From a bacterium (GTDB lineage Bacteria > UBA8248), in assembly GCA_965202625.1 (NCBI GenBank), contig CBDBBI010000010.1:1088001-1152000 (forward strand): a stretch of DNA of 64,000 nt. The letters run 5' to 3'. Position numbers and translations under genes: made by a program. Under the pieces are notes generated by a model. It had not been told where the DNA came from, made no database searches, and was given only the letters and a program-made list of their open reading frames with translations. Shown one piece after another: positions 47,835 to 57,241 of the stretch (its first letter is position 1; each line of letters opens with the position of its first letter).

Positions 47835-50675
47835 ATGATGAAAAAAAGCATGGGGACGTTTTCAGCAGTGCTTTTTCTGTTGCTCGCCCTGACGCCCGGC
47901 GCGCCCGCTCTGGCGGCGCAGGTCGCGTGTGCACACTGGAACACTACGGCGTTCTTCGAGCGTGCTTCGGCGGCGGACGTCTCCCGCTGTCTGAAGGCCG
48001 GAGCAAAGGTGAACGCACAGGATACTAAGTACGGAGCGATGCCACTCCATGTGGCGGCGGCGAAAAGCGAGACGCCCGAAGTCGTGGCAGCTTTGCTGAA
48101 AGCCGGAGCGGACGTGAACGCGCAGGACAAGAAGGGACGGACGCCCCTGCACGTGGCGGCGGCGCAAAGCGAGACGCCCGAAGTCGTGGCGGCTTTGCTT
48201 AAAGCCGGCGCGGACGTGAACGCGCGGGACAAGGACGGAGCGACGCCCTTGCACGGGGCCGTGGCACACAACAAAACGCTTGGTGTCGTGGAAGCGCTTC
48301 TGAGAGCCGGAGCGGACGTGAACGCGCGGACCACAAAGGGTGGATGGACGCCCCTGCACTGGGCAGCGGGGCGCAGCAAGACGCTCGGTGTCGTGGCCGC
48401 GCTCCTGAAGGCCGGAGCGGACGTGAACGCGCGGGAGACCAAATTCGGACTGACGCCCCTGCACTGGGCGGCGGCAAAAAGCGAGACGCTCGGTGTCGTA
48501 GCGGCGCTCATAAAAGCCGGAGCGGACCTGAACGCGCGGGAGACTAAGTACGGAACGACGCCCCTGCACTGGGCGGCAGCGGGTAGCAAGACCCCCGAAG
48601 TCGTGGCGGCTTTGCTGGATGCCGGCGCGAACCCGGCGGCAAAAAACCAAGCAGGCAAAACCCCGTGGGATTACGCGAAAGAAAACGCCGCCTTCAAGGG
48701 AAGGGACGTCTATCGGCGCCTGAAAGAGCGTGCCCTCGCAGATGATCCGTGCGAAGAATGGAACACCTGGGTGTTCTTCAAGCGTGCCTCGGCGGCGGAC
48801 GTTTCCCGCTGTCTTGCCGCCGGAGCGAAGGTGAACGCGCAGGACAAGAAGGGACGGACGCCCCTGCACACGGCGGCGGCACACAGCAAGACGCCCGGTG
48901 TCGTAACGATGCTCGTAAACACTGGAGCGGACGTGAACGCGCAGGACAAGAATGGAACGACGCCCCTGCACGCGGCGGCGGAGAACAGCAAGACGCCGGC
49001 GGTCGTAACGGCGCTCCTGAAAGCCGGAGCGAACGTGAACGCGCGGGCAAAGTATGGAGTGACGCCCCTGCACCGGGCGGCGGAATATAGCAAGACGCCC
49101 GAAGTCGTGGCAGCTCTCGTAAAGGCCAGAGCGAACGTGAACGCGCGGGCAAAGGGCGGATGGACGCCCCTGCACGTCGCGGCGCGGAACAGTGAGACGC
49201 CCGAAGTCGTGGCAGCTCTCGTAAAGGCCGGAGCGGACGCGAACGCGCGGGAGACCAAGGACGGATGGACGCCCCTGCACGTCGCGGCGCGGAACAGTGA
49301 GACGCCCGAAGTCGTGGCAGCTCTCGTAAAGGCCGGAGCGGACGTGAACGCGCGGGAGACCAAGGACGGATGGACGCCCCTGCACGTCGCGACGCAGCAC
49401 AGCAAGACGCTCGGTGTCGTGGCGGCTTTGCTGAACGCCGGAGCGAACGTGAACGCGCGGGCCGAGAACGGATGGACGCCCCTGCACACGGCGGCGCGAT
49501 TCAGTAAGACGCTCGGTGTCGTGGCGGCTTTGCTGAACGCCGGAGCGGACCCGGCGGCAAAAGACCAAGCAGTCAAAACGCCGTCGGATTTCGCGCAAAA
49601 ACAGGCCTCATGCCGAGAATGGAACACCAAGGCGTTATTCAAACGCACCGGCGCGGCCGATGTTTACCGCTGTCTTGCGGCCGGAGCGGACGTGAACGCG
49701 CGGGCCGAGAACGGAGCGACGCCCCTGCACCGGGCAGCGCGGTTCAGCGAGACACCCGGTGTCGTAGCGTTGCTCCTGAAAGCCGGAGCGGACGTGAACG
49801 CGCGGACCAAGAACGGAGCGACGCCCCTGCACCGGGCGGCGGGGTTCAGCAAGACGCCCGGTGTCGTAGCGTTGCTCCTGAAAGCCGGAGCGAACGTGAA
49901 CGCGCGGACCAAGGTCGGATTGACGCCCCTGCACACGGCGGCGCGGTTCAGCGAGACACCCGAAGTCGCGGTGGCTCTCCTGAAAGCCGGAGCGAACGTG
50001 AACGCGCGGGCAAAGTATGGAGTGACGCCCCTGCACCGGGCGGCGGCGGATAGCAAGACGCCCAGTGTCGTGGCAGCTCTCGTAAAGGCCGGAGCGAACG
50101 TGAACGCGCGGACCGAGGACGGATGGACGCCCCTGCACCGGGCGGCGGCGAAAAGCAAGATGCCCGAAATCATAACGATGCTCGTGAAAGCCGGAGCGAA
50201 CGTGAACGCGCGGGAGACTAAGTACGGAACGACGCCCCTGCACTGGGCGGCGGGGTTCAGCAAGACGCCCGAAGTCGTGGCGTTGCTCCTGAAGGCCGGA
50301 GCGGACGTGAACGCGCGGACCACCAAGATCGGGATGCTCGTGAAACCCGGAAACGTGAACGCGCGAGATATTACATACGGACTGACGCCCCTGCACTGGG
50401 CGGCGGAATATAGCAAGATGCCCGAAATCATAACGATGCTCGTGAAAGCCGGAGCGGACATGAACGCGCGCGATATTACATACGGGTTGACGCCCCTGCA
50501 CTGGGCGGCGTGGAAAAGCAAGACGCCCGGAATCGTGGCGGCTTTGCTGGACGCCGGAGCGGACGCGACGGCGAAAAACAAAACAGGCCAAACGCCGATG
50601 GATTACGCGCAAGGAAACGCCGCCCTCAAGGGAACGAAAGCCTATTGGCGGCTGAACGAGGGGCGGTTCAAATAA
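47835..50675 (+). CDS. Secreted ankyrin-repeat protein, three capped modules (about 6+7+8 repeats)
   Basis: AAGGAG RBS, signal peptide ending PALAA; ~21 GxTPLHxAA...GADVNAR repeats; three CxxWNT..F.R..AADV.RCL caps. Confidence 0.93.
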   Translation: MMKKSMGTFSAVLFLLLALTPGAPALAAQVACAHWNTTAFFERASAADVSRCLKAGAKVNAQDTKYGAMPLHVAAAKSETPEVVAALLKAGADVNAQDKKGRTPLHVAAAQSETPEVVAALLKAGADVNARDKDGATPLHGAVAHNKTLGVVEALLRAGADVNARTTKGGWTPLHWAAGRSKTLGVVAALLKAGADVNARETKFGLTPLHWAAAKSETLGVVAALIKAGADLNARETKYGTTPLHWAAAGSKTPEVVAALLDAGANPAAKNQAGKTPWDYAKENAAFKGRDVYRRLKERALADDPCEEWNTWVFFKRASAADVSRCLAAGAKVNAQDKKGRTPLHTAAAHSKTPGVVTMLVNTGADVNAQDKNGTTPLHAAAENSKTPAVVTALLKAGANVNARAKYGVTPLHRAAEYSKTPEVVAALVKARANVNARAKGGWTPLHVAARNSETPEVVAALVKAGADANARETKDGWTPLHVAARNSETPEVVAALVKAGADVNARETKDGWTPLHVATQHSKTLGVVAALLNAGANVNARAENGWTPLHTAARFSKTLGVVAALLNAGADPAAKDQAVKTPSDFAQKQASCREWNTKALFKRTGAADVYRCLAAGADVNARAENGATPLHRAARFSETPGVVALLLKAGADVNARTKNGATPLHRAAGFSKTPGVVALLLKAGANVNARTKVGLTPLHTAARFSETPEVAVALLKAGANVNARAKYGVTPLHRAAADSKTPSVVAALVKAGANVNARTEDGWTPLHRAAAKSKMPEIITMLVKAGANVNARETKYGTTPLHWAAGFSKTPEVVALLLKAGADVNARTTKIGMLVKPGNVNARDITYGLTPLHWAAEYSKMPEIITMLVKAGADMNARDITYGLTPLHWAAWKSKTPGIVAALLDAGADATAKNKTGQTPMDYAQGNAALKGTKAYWRLNEGRFK

Positions 50676-50702
50676 AGCGCGCCTTGTAAGAGGAACCAAA
50701 AG

Positions 50703-51098
50703 ATGAAGAAACGCATGGGGGCGTTTTCAGCGGGGCTTTTTCTGTTGCTCGCCCTGACGCCATCCCCGCCCGCTCTGGCGGCACAGGTCTCGTGCGAAGA
50801 ATGGAACACGGAGGCGTTCTTCAAGCGCGCCTCGGCGGAGGACGTCTCCCGCTGTCTGAAGGCTGGGGTGAACGTGAACGCGCGGGAGACCAAGTTCGGA
50901 CTGACGCCCCTGCACGTCGCGGCGGCGTGGAGCAAGACGCCCGGAATCGTGGCGGCTTTGCTGGACGCCGGAGCGGACACAAGGGCAAAAGACAAAACAG
51001 GCAAAACAGGTAAAACGCCGTGGGATTACGCGAAAAGAAACGCCGCCATAAAGGGAACGGACGTCTATCAACGGCTGAACGAGGGGCGGTTCAAATAA
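50703..51098 (+). CDS. Small secreted ankyrin protein (signal peptide, N-cap, one repeat, C-cap)
   Basis: Same leader, CEEWNT cap and RLNEGRFK end as the upstream gene; RBS AGAGGA. Confidence 0.85.
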   Translation: MKKRMGAFSAGLFLLLALTPSPPALAAQVSCEEWNTEAFFKRASAEDVSRCLKAGVNVNARETKFGLTPLHVAAAWSKTPGIVAALLDAGADTRAKDKTGKTGKTPWDYAKRNAAIKGTDVYQRLNEGRFK

Positions 51099-51220
51099 TA
51101 ATAAAGCGCGCCTTGTAAGGAGAGCGCCGCAGACGCCTTTGCGAACGCGATATTTCGCATCCTCTCTCCCGTTCGGCGGGGTTTGTGGTTTCGCGTGAGA
51201 ATCGCAAACCATATCCCCCG

Positions 51221-52621
51221 TCACGGCTTCTTCGGCGGGGCGTGGATCGCCGCGCCGCGAACGTCCAGCGCCGCCTCCATCACGGCCTCGGACAGGGCGG
51301 GGTGGGCGTGAATCGTCCGGGACAGGTCCAGGGCGGAGACGCCGTTGCGCATGGCGACGGCGGCCTCGTGCACGATCTCGGCGGCGTGGGCACCGACCAC
51401 GTGAACGCCCAGAATAGCGTCATCCTCCGCATCGGCGATGACCTTGACTTCTCCCTCGATGGCGCCCTCCGCATGCGCCTTGCCGAGGATGCGCATGGGG
51501 AATCTGCCCACGCGCACCTCGCGCCCCGCCTCGGTGGCCTCGTTCTCCGCCATGCCGACCACCCCGATTTCGGGATGCGTGAAGATGCCCGCCGGAATCG
51601 CCCGGTAGTCCATTCGCGCGTCCGTGCCCATGGCGTTCTCCGCGGCGACGACGCCCTCGGCCGAGGCCACGTGCGCGAGCATGGGCTCGCCGACCACGTC
51701 CCCCGCAGCGAAGACTCCGGCCACGTTCGTCTCCATCCTCTCGTTCACCAGAACCTCCCCGCGCGCACCGAGAAGAACCCCGATTCGCTCAAGACCCAGA
51801 CCGCCCGTGTTCATCGTTCGCCCCACCGAGACGAGGACGAGGTCGGCGCGCACCTCGTCGCCGCCCTCCATTCTGGCGACCATCTCGTCGTTCTCGCGCG
51901 AGATCTGGGTGATGCGCGCGCGCGCACACACGGCGATTTTCTGCTTTCTGAACTCGCGCGCCATGAGTCTGGAGACGTCCACGTCGCCGAGCGGCAGAAC
52001 GCGATCAAGCAGCTCCACCATGGTGACCTCCGCCCCCAACTCCCTGTAGAGGCAGGCGAACTCGCATCCGATGACGCCGGCGCCGACGATGAGCACCCGC
52101 ATGGGCAGGGCCTTGAGGTGCACGGCCTGCTCGGAGGAGATGATTCTCTCCCCGTCGATGGGAAAAGCGGGAACCTGCGCGGGGCGCGAACCCGTGGCGA
52201 GGATGATCTTATCGGCGGAAACCACCTCTCGCTCTCCGCCTTCTTTTTTCACCGAGATTCTCCCCGTATCGAGAATCTCGGCCTCACCGGCGACGCGGCA
52301 CACTCCGCGCGCGCGAAGAAGCGCGTCAATTCCCCGCCCCAGGCGGGCGACTATCTCGTCCTTGCGCGCCACCATGGCGGCGAGGTCGGCGCGCACCTCG
52401 CCGGAGACCTTCACCCCATACGCCCCGGCGTTCTTCACCTTCCTGTACACCTCGGCGGAGGCGATCAGGCTCTTGCTGGGAATGCAGCCCCAGTGCAGGC
52501 AAGTGCCGCCCAGCGCGTCGCGCTCGATGACGACGCAGCGTCCCCCCATCTGCGCCGCGCGCACCCCCGCCACGTAGCCCGCCGGACCTCCTCCGATGAT
52601 CGCCACGTCGCAGCTGGCCAT
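51221..52621 (-). CDS. lpdA: Dihydrolipoyl dehydrogenase
   Basis: GGGPAGY, GGTCLHWGCIPSK, GAGVIGCE, MLAHVAS, HAHPALSE. Confidence 0.95.
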   Translation of the reverse strand: MASCDVAIIGGGPAGYVAGVRAAQMGGRCVVIERDALGGTCLHWGCIPSKSLIASAEVYRKVKNAGAYGVKVSGEVRADLAAMVARKDEIVARLGRGIDALLRARGVCRVAGEAEILDTGRISVKKEGGEREVVSADKIILATGSRPAQVPAFPIDGERIISSEQAVHLKALPMRVLIVGAGVIGCEFACLYRELGAEVTMVELLDRVLPLGDVDVSRLMAREFRKQKIAVCARARITQISRENDEMVARMEGGDEVRADLVLVSVGRTMNTGGLGLERIGVLLGARGEVLVNERMETNVAGVFAAGDVVGEPMLAHVASAEGVVAAENAMGTDARMDYRAIPAGIFTHPEIGVVGMAENEATEAGREVRVGRFPMRILGKAHAEGAIEGEVKVIADAEDDAILGVHVVGAHAAEIVHEAAVAMRNGVSALDLSRTIHAHPALSEAVMEAALDVRGAAIHAPPKKP

Positions 52622-52844
52622 CTCTCCTCCCTCGCTCGATTCTTCCCATCAAGACGAAAAAACCCCGTCATTAGACCACAACGGACGGCGTTTGTTGAAG
52701 CCCGCAAAGGCGCCACCGGCCGCCCCGAAACCGCTCACGCCGCCATTGCCGCGCCGACGATGACCTCCATTAGCCATTAGATCCGCCCGGTCGCTCCAGA
52801 CGGGATTCTGCGGGCGTCATCGGTCACCGAGCCGGAGAGGGTCG

Positions 52845-52895
52845 ATGCCAGAGCGCGTTTTCGTCACCGGAATCACCGGCTTCGCCGGCAGATGA
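52845..52895 (+). pseudogene. 16-codon remnant of an NAD-dependent epimerase/dehydratase N-terminus
   Basis: GGAGAGG RBS then MPERVFVTGITGFAGR* (TGxxGFxG Rossmann start). Confidence 0.5.
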
Positions 52896-53047
52896 AGAAA
52901 TTGCAGGACTCCTTATCGTCCTCAGCGTGCGCCTCGCAAGACTTCGCGTCCATATAAAGCGGACTCCAAAATCCGCTGTTGCGAGCAGTAGTGTGGATTG
53001 TGTCGGCTCGTTTTCCCTAATGCTGAACGTCGCCTTCGCACGCGCGT

Positions 53048-53113
53048 TTATCCACAAAAAAACACCACATATTGGGTATAAACCATGAATAAACACGCAT
53101 ATTTTGTGGACAA
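53048..53113 (+). promoter_or_regulatory. DnaA box plus tandem NrdR boxes upstream of nrdJ
   Basis: Perfect TTATCCACA at 53048-53056; ACACCACATATTGGGT (53062) and CACGCATATTTTGTGG (53094), 32 bp apart; TTGACA at 53127. Confidence 0.7.
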
Positions 53114-53220
53114 CGCATTTTTAGAGTTGACAATTAGTCTCATAGACTATAAAGATTTACGTCTACTATTTAGTTAAAATCTATATTTAATCTGAAACCT
53201 TTGTCTGGGAGCATGAGAAA

Positions 53221-56200
53221 TTGGAGTTTTCAAGGCGTCTCACCCGCTCGGGCGATCAAGCGTATCGCGACGTTCATTTCGCGTCGCGCACCTCCCGCAT
53301 CACCAACCCGGACGGCTCGGTCGTGTTCGAGGCCAAGGACGTCCTCGTGCCGGAGACTTGGTCCCAGGTCGCCGTCGACATTCTCGCGCAAAAGTATTTC
53401 AGAAAAGCGGGCGTTCCCGCCCATCTGAGAAAAGTTCCCGAAGACGGGGTTCCCGAGTGGCTGCAACGCTCGGAGCCGGATATGGAAAAACTCGATTCCC
53501 TGCCCCAGGCCGAGCGGTTCGGAGGCGAGCGAGACGCCCGAGACGTATTCCATCGCATGGCGGGATGCTGGACGTATTGGGGCTGGAAGCACGGATACTT
53601 TCATGCGGAGGATGACGCGAAAGCATTTTATGATGAGATTTTATACATCCTCGCCAGTCAGATGGCCGCGCCCAACTCTCCGCAGTGGTTCAACACGGGG
53701 CTGCACTGGGCCTACGGCATCACGCGCCCCGCCCAGGGACACTTCTACGCCGACCCTGAAACGGGGAAAACCTCTCGCTCCGCCAACGCCTATGAACGTC
53801 CCCAGCCCCACGCGTGCTTCATACAATCGGTGAAAGACGACCTCGTCAACGAAGGCGGGATCATGGACTTGTGGACGCGCGAGGCGCGCATCTTCAAATA
53901 CGGATCGGGCACCGGAACGAATTTCTCCAGTTTGCGAGCAAACGGAGAGGCACTCTCGGGAGGCGGGAGAAGCTCCGGCCTCATGAGTTTCCTCAAGATT
54001 GGGGATCGCGCCGCGGGCGCCATCAAGTCAGGCGGAACGACGCGACGCGCCGCCAAAATGGTCACACTCGACATCGACCATCCCGACGTTCAGGAATTCA
54101 TCAGCTGGAAAGTCAACGAAGAGCAAAAAGTGGCCTCTCTGGTCTCGGGCAGCAGGATGTGCAACCGGCATATGAACGCCATTCTCGCCGCTTACCAAGA
54201 GGGGAAACGCCTGGGCTTGAACGGCAACCTCCATCGGCCTGACAAGAACCCGTCGCTCGCCAAGTCGATACGCGCCGCCAGGCTCGCCGGCGTTCCGGAC
54301 AACTACGTCCTTCGCGCCATGCAACTCGCTCGACAAGGCGTCACATCGATAGAGTTCGAGGAGTTCGACACCGATTGGGAAGGCGAGGCCTACGTCTCGG
54401 TATCCGGACAAAACTCGAACAATTCCGTTCGCGTCTCAGACGAATTCATGCAAGCCGCCGAGAAAGACGCGGCTTGGAACCTGATTCGACGCACCGACGG
54501 GGAGGTCGCCGCCTCGGTCAGTTCCAAAGAGCTTTGGGAGCAGATTGGATACGCGGCGTGGTGCTGCGCGGACCCCGGCCTGCAATTTGATACGACCATC
54601 AACGACTGGCACACGTGCGCCGCCGATGGGCGCATCAATGGCTCAAATCCTTGTTCGGAATACATGTTCCTGGATGATACCGCGTGCAATCTGGCATCCA
54701 TGAACCTCATGAAATTCTTGGACGTTGAGCGGAAGCGCTTTCAGGTGGAAGACTATCGCCACGTCATTCGCCTGCTTACGGTCGTCCTTGAAATCGCCGT
54801 GCTCATGGCGCAGTTCCCCAGCGAGGATATCGCCAAACGCTCATACGCGTATCGAACGCTCGGGCTTGGATACGCGAACCTGGGCACCGTGTTGATGGTT
54901 CTCGGCATTCCTTATGATTCGCCGGAAGCGGAGGCGTGGTGCGGTGCCATCACCTCCATCATGACGGGCTGTGCCTATGCCGCCAGCGCGGAAATGGCGG
55001 GAGAGCTGGGCTCTTTCGCAAGGTATCAGGATAACCAGGAACACATGCTGCGGGTTTTGCGAAATCACCGACGAGCGGCGTATTCGGCACCTAAAGAAGA
55101 ATACGAAATGCTCTCCAAACGGCCAAAGGGAATCGCCCCGGAAATCTGTCCTCCCTATCTCCTCCATGCGGCGCGCGAGGCGTGGGATGAAGCCCTGGCC
55201 GTCGGCTATCGAAACGGCTACCGGAACGCGCAAACCACCGTCATCGCACCCACGGGCACCATCGGTTTGGTGATGGATTGCGACACGACGGGGATCGAGC
55301 CGGACTTCGCGTTGGTGAAGTTCAAAAAATTGGCCGGCGGCGGCTATTTCAAGATCATCAACCAGTCCGTTCCCGTTGCTTTGCGCCATTTGGGCTACGA
55401 GGAGGAGGAGGTTCGAGAAATTGTCGCCTACTGCCGAGGGCGAGGCGCCCTCGCCAACGCGCCTCACATCAACCCGGAGTCCTTGCAAAAAAAAGGATTT
55501 ACCGGCAAGGCGCTCGAAAAGGTGGAGGCCGCGCTTGAAGGGGCGTTTGAAATCCAGTTCGCCTTCAACAAATACGTGCTAGGCGAGAGTTTCTGTCGGG
55601 AGCACTTGGGCCTTGATGAGGCGCAAGTCGCCGACTGGAACCTGAATCTGCTGGAAGCCATAGGCTTCACCCCAAAGCAAGTAAGTGAAGCGAACGACTT
55701 CGTTTGCGGCAAGATGACCCTTGAAGGCGCCCCCCACCTCAAAGAAGAGCATCTGGCCGTCTTTGATTGCGCAAGCAAGTGCGGTCGAGAAGGGAAGCGA
55801 TTCATCAGCCCCATGGCCCACGTTCGGATGATGGCGGCGGCGCAGCCCTTCATATCGGGCGCCATCAGCAAAACCATCAACATGCCTGCGGAATCGACGA
55901 TTCAAGATATTCTCAATCTCTATCATGAATCATGGCGTCGCATGACCAAGGCCATAGCGCTCTACCGGGACGGTTCGAAACTCAGCCAGCCGCTTTCCGC
56001 GCAAGGCGAGGCGGAACTCTTCCATGACGTCAGTGAGGAGAAAACGGACGCGCAAAGCGCCCCGGCGCGCGTGGCCCAAAAGATCGTGCGCCGGATTATT
56101 TACCAGTCCAGAAGGCGCAAGCTCCCCACCCGCCGCAGTGGATATACGCAAAAAGCCGTCATCGGCGGGCATAAGGTGTATCTGAGAACCGGAGAATACG

Positions 56201-56796
56201 CGGACGGCTCCATCGGTGAAATCTTCATAGACATGCACAAAGAGGGCGCTGCTTTCAGAAGCCTGATGAACTGTTTCGCCATAGCGATTTCGCTGGGGCT
56301 TCAACACGGCGTGCCTCTGGATGAGTTCGTGGACGCTTTCATCTTCACGCGCTTCGAGCCAGGCGGCACCGTCTCGGGCAACCCGCATATCAAGATGAGC
56401 ACGTCCATCATTGACTACATATTTCGTGAGCTGGCCGTCTCGTATCTTGGCCGTCACGACCTTGCGCAAGTCGTCTCGGAGGACTTGAGAAGCGACACCA
56501 TTGGAAGGCCTAAGGCGGAAGTTCCGGAATTTGACGCCGAGGAAGAGGAAGAAATTCGGACCATCATTCCGGGCCTGGATGCGAGCGCGCCACGAAGCGA
56601 CCGAGTCAGTCTGGATTACGGGGAAGAATCCGCCGGCGCTTCCAAAGCGGGGGTCTCCATTCATACCCGCATTGAGGAGGCCCGCGCCAAGGGATATGAA
56701 GGCGAAGCATGTGGCGATTGTGGTTTATTCACTCTGGTGCGAAACGGTACATGCTTGAAGTGCATGACCTGCGGAGCGACGAGCGGGTGTTCGTAA
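53221..56796 (+). CDS. nrdJ: Vitamin B12-dependent (class II) ribonucleotide reductase
   Basis: [57 protein letters not shown]-terminal CxxC..CxxC zinc ribbon. Confidence 0.96.
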   Translation: MEFSRRLTRSGDQAYRDVHFASRTSRITNPDGSVVFEAKDVLVPETWSQVAVDILAQKYFRKAGVPAHLRKVPEDGVPEWLQRSEPDMEKLDSLPQAERFGGERDARDVFHRMAGCWTYWGWKHGYFHAEDDAKAFYDEILYILASQMAAPNSPQWFNTGLHWAYGITRPAQGHFYADPETGKTSRSANAYERPQPHACFIQSVKDDLVNEGGIMDLWTREARIFKYGSGTGTNFSSLRANGEALSGGGRSSGLMSFLKIGDRAAGAIKSGGTTRRAAKMVTLDIDHPDVQEFISWKVNEEQKVASLVSGSRMCNRHMNAILAAYQEGKRLGLNGNLHRPDKNPSLAKSIRAARLAGVPDNYVLRAMQLARQGVTSIEFEEFDTDWEGEAYVSVSGQNSNNSVRVSDEFMQAAEKDAAWNLIRRTDGEVAASVSSKELWEQIGYAAWCCADPGLQFDTTINDWHTCAADGRINGSNPCSEYMFLDDTACNLASMNLMKFLDVERKRFQVEDYRHVIRLLTVVLEIAVLMAQFPSEDIAKRSYAYRTLGLGYANLGTVLMVLGIPYDSPEAEAWCGAITSIMTGCAYAASAEMAGELGSFARYQDNQEHMLRVLRNHRRAAYSAPKEEYEMLSKRPKGIAPEICPPYLLHAAREAWDEALAVGYRNGYRNAQTTVIAPTGTIGLVMDCDTTGIEPDFALVKFKKLAGGGYFKIINQSVPVALRHLGYEEEEVREIVAYCRGRGALANAPHINPESLQKKGFTGKALEKVEAALEGAFEIQFAFNKYVLGESFCREHLGLDEAQVADWNLNLLEAIGFTPKQVSEANDFVCGKMTLEGAPHLKEEHLAVFDCASKCGREGKRFISPMAHVRMMAAAQPFISGAISKTINMPAESTIQDILNLYHESWRRMTKAIALYRDGSKLSQPLSAQGEAELFHDVSEEKTDAQSAPARVAQKIVRRIIYQSRRRKLPTRRSGYTQKAVIGGHKVYLRTGEYADGSIGEIFIDMHKEGAAFRSLMNCFAIAISLGLQHGVPLDEFVDAFIFTRFEPGGTVSGNPHIKMSTSIIDYIFRELAVSYLGRHDLAQVVSEDLRSDTIGRPKAEVPEFDAEEEEEIRTIIPGLDASAPRSDRVSLDYGEESAGASKAGVSIHTRIEEARAKGYEGEACGDCGLFTLVRNGTCLKCMTCGATSGCS

Positions 56797-56850
56797 AAAT
56801 TTTTCATAACTTCCCGTCATAGGGGAAACGGGCGGACTCTGCGACGGGAC

Positions 56851-56893
56851 GAGAGCCGATGGAGCCTCCTAGTGGGAGTCTCCATCGGCTCTC
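56851..56893 (+). terminator. Strong hairpin after nrdJ (probable terminator)
   Basis: GAGAGCCGATGGAG / CTCCATCGGCTCTC 14-bp perfect stem; U-tail weak. Confidence 0.6.
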
Positions 56894-56904
56894 TCTATCT
56901 CAAC

Positions 56905-56934
56905 TTGACACCCAAGGCTGCTTCGGCCTACTTT
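56905..56934 (+). promoter_or_regulatory. Sigma70-like promoter of tRNA-Ala
   Basis: TTGACA-N18-TACTTT just upstream of the tRNA. Confidence 0.55.
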
Positions 56935-56949
56935 CAGGGTGCACTTTGT

Positions 56950-57025
56950 GGGGGTGTAGCTCAGATGGGAGAGCGCGTGGATCGCACCCACGAGGTCAGG
57001 GGTTCGAATCCCCTCACCTCCACCA
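56950..57025 (+). tRNA. tRNA-Ala (anticodon CGC)
   Basis: GGGGGTGTAGCTCAGATGGGAGAGCGCGTGGATCGCACCCACGAGGTCAGGGGTTCGAATCCCCTCACCTCCACCA; G3:U70 alanine identity pair. Confidence 0.96.
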
Positions 57026-57241
57026 ACATCACAAATGCAGACGCTCTCAGAGATTCCCTCAGACGCAAACGGGCCTGATTCTGGTTTTTCTTCTCTGTTG
57101 ACGCGCGCCGGTTTGCCGCATATTGTAATTATCACCCATACCAAATGCGCGAAAGCCACAATTCGCGCTCGGCTTGAAGATGAAAAAATGAAAAGAGGGG
57201 TATTTTCTCTTTCCCATCCATAAGCGCAAAGGAGGCCTCAG

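Noticed and set aside
47015-50699. Long antisense and alternate-frame ORFs (547, 578, 312, 354, 305 aa) over the ankyrin gene
   Set aside because: Shadows of a GC-rich tandem repeat that lacks stops in those frames; no independent motifs
47835-51120. Ankyrin pair as a diversity-generating retroelement target/template, or as a CRISPR array
   Set aside because: No reverse transcriptase or cas genes in the window; differences are not confined to adenines; repeats are in-frame coding units without unique spacers
53040-53200. Replication origin
   Set aside because: Only one perfect and one or two weak DnaA boxes, and no dnaA/dnaN/gidA context
52650-53220. Cobalamin riboswitch upstream of B12-dependent nrdJ
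   Set aside because: No recognisable B12-box or conserved GGGAA/GCCACTG core; NrdR and DnaA boxes explain the region better
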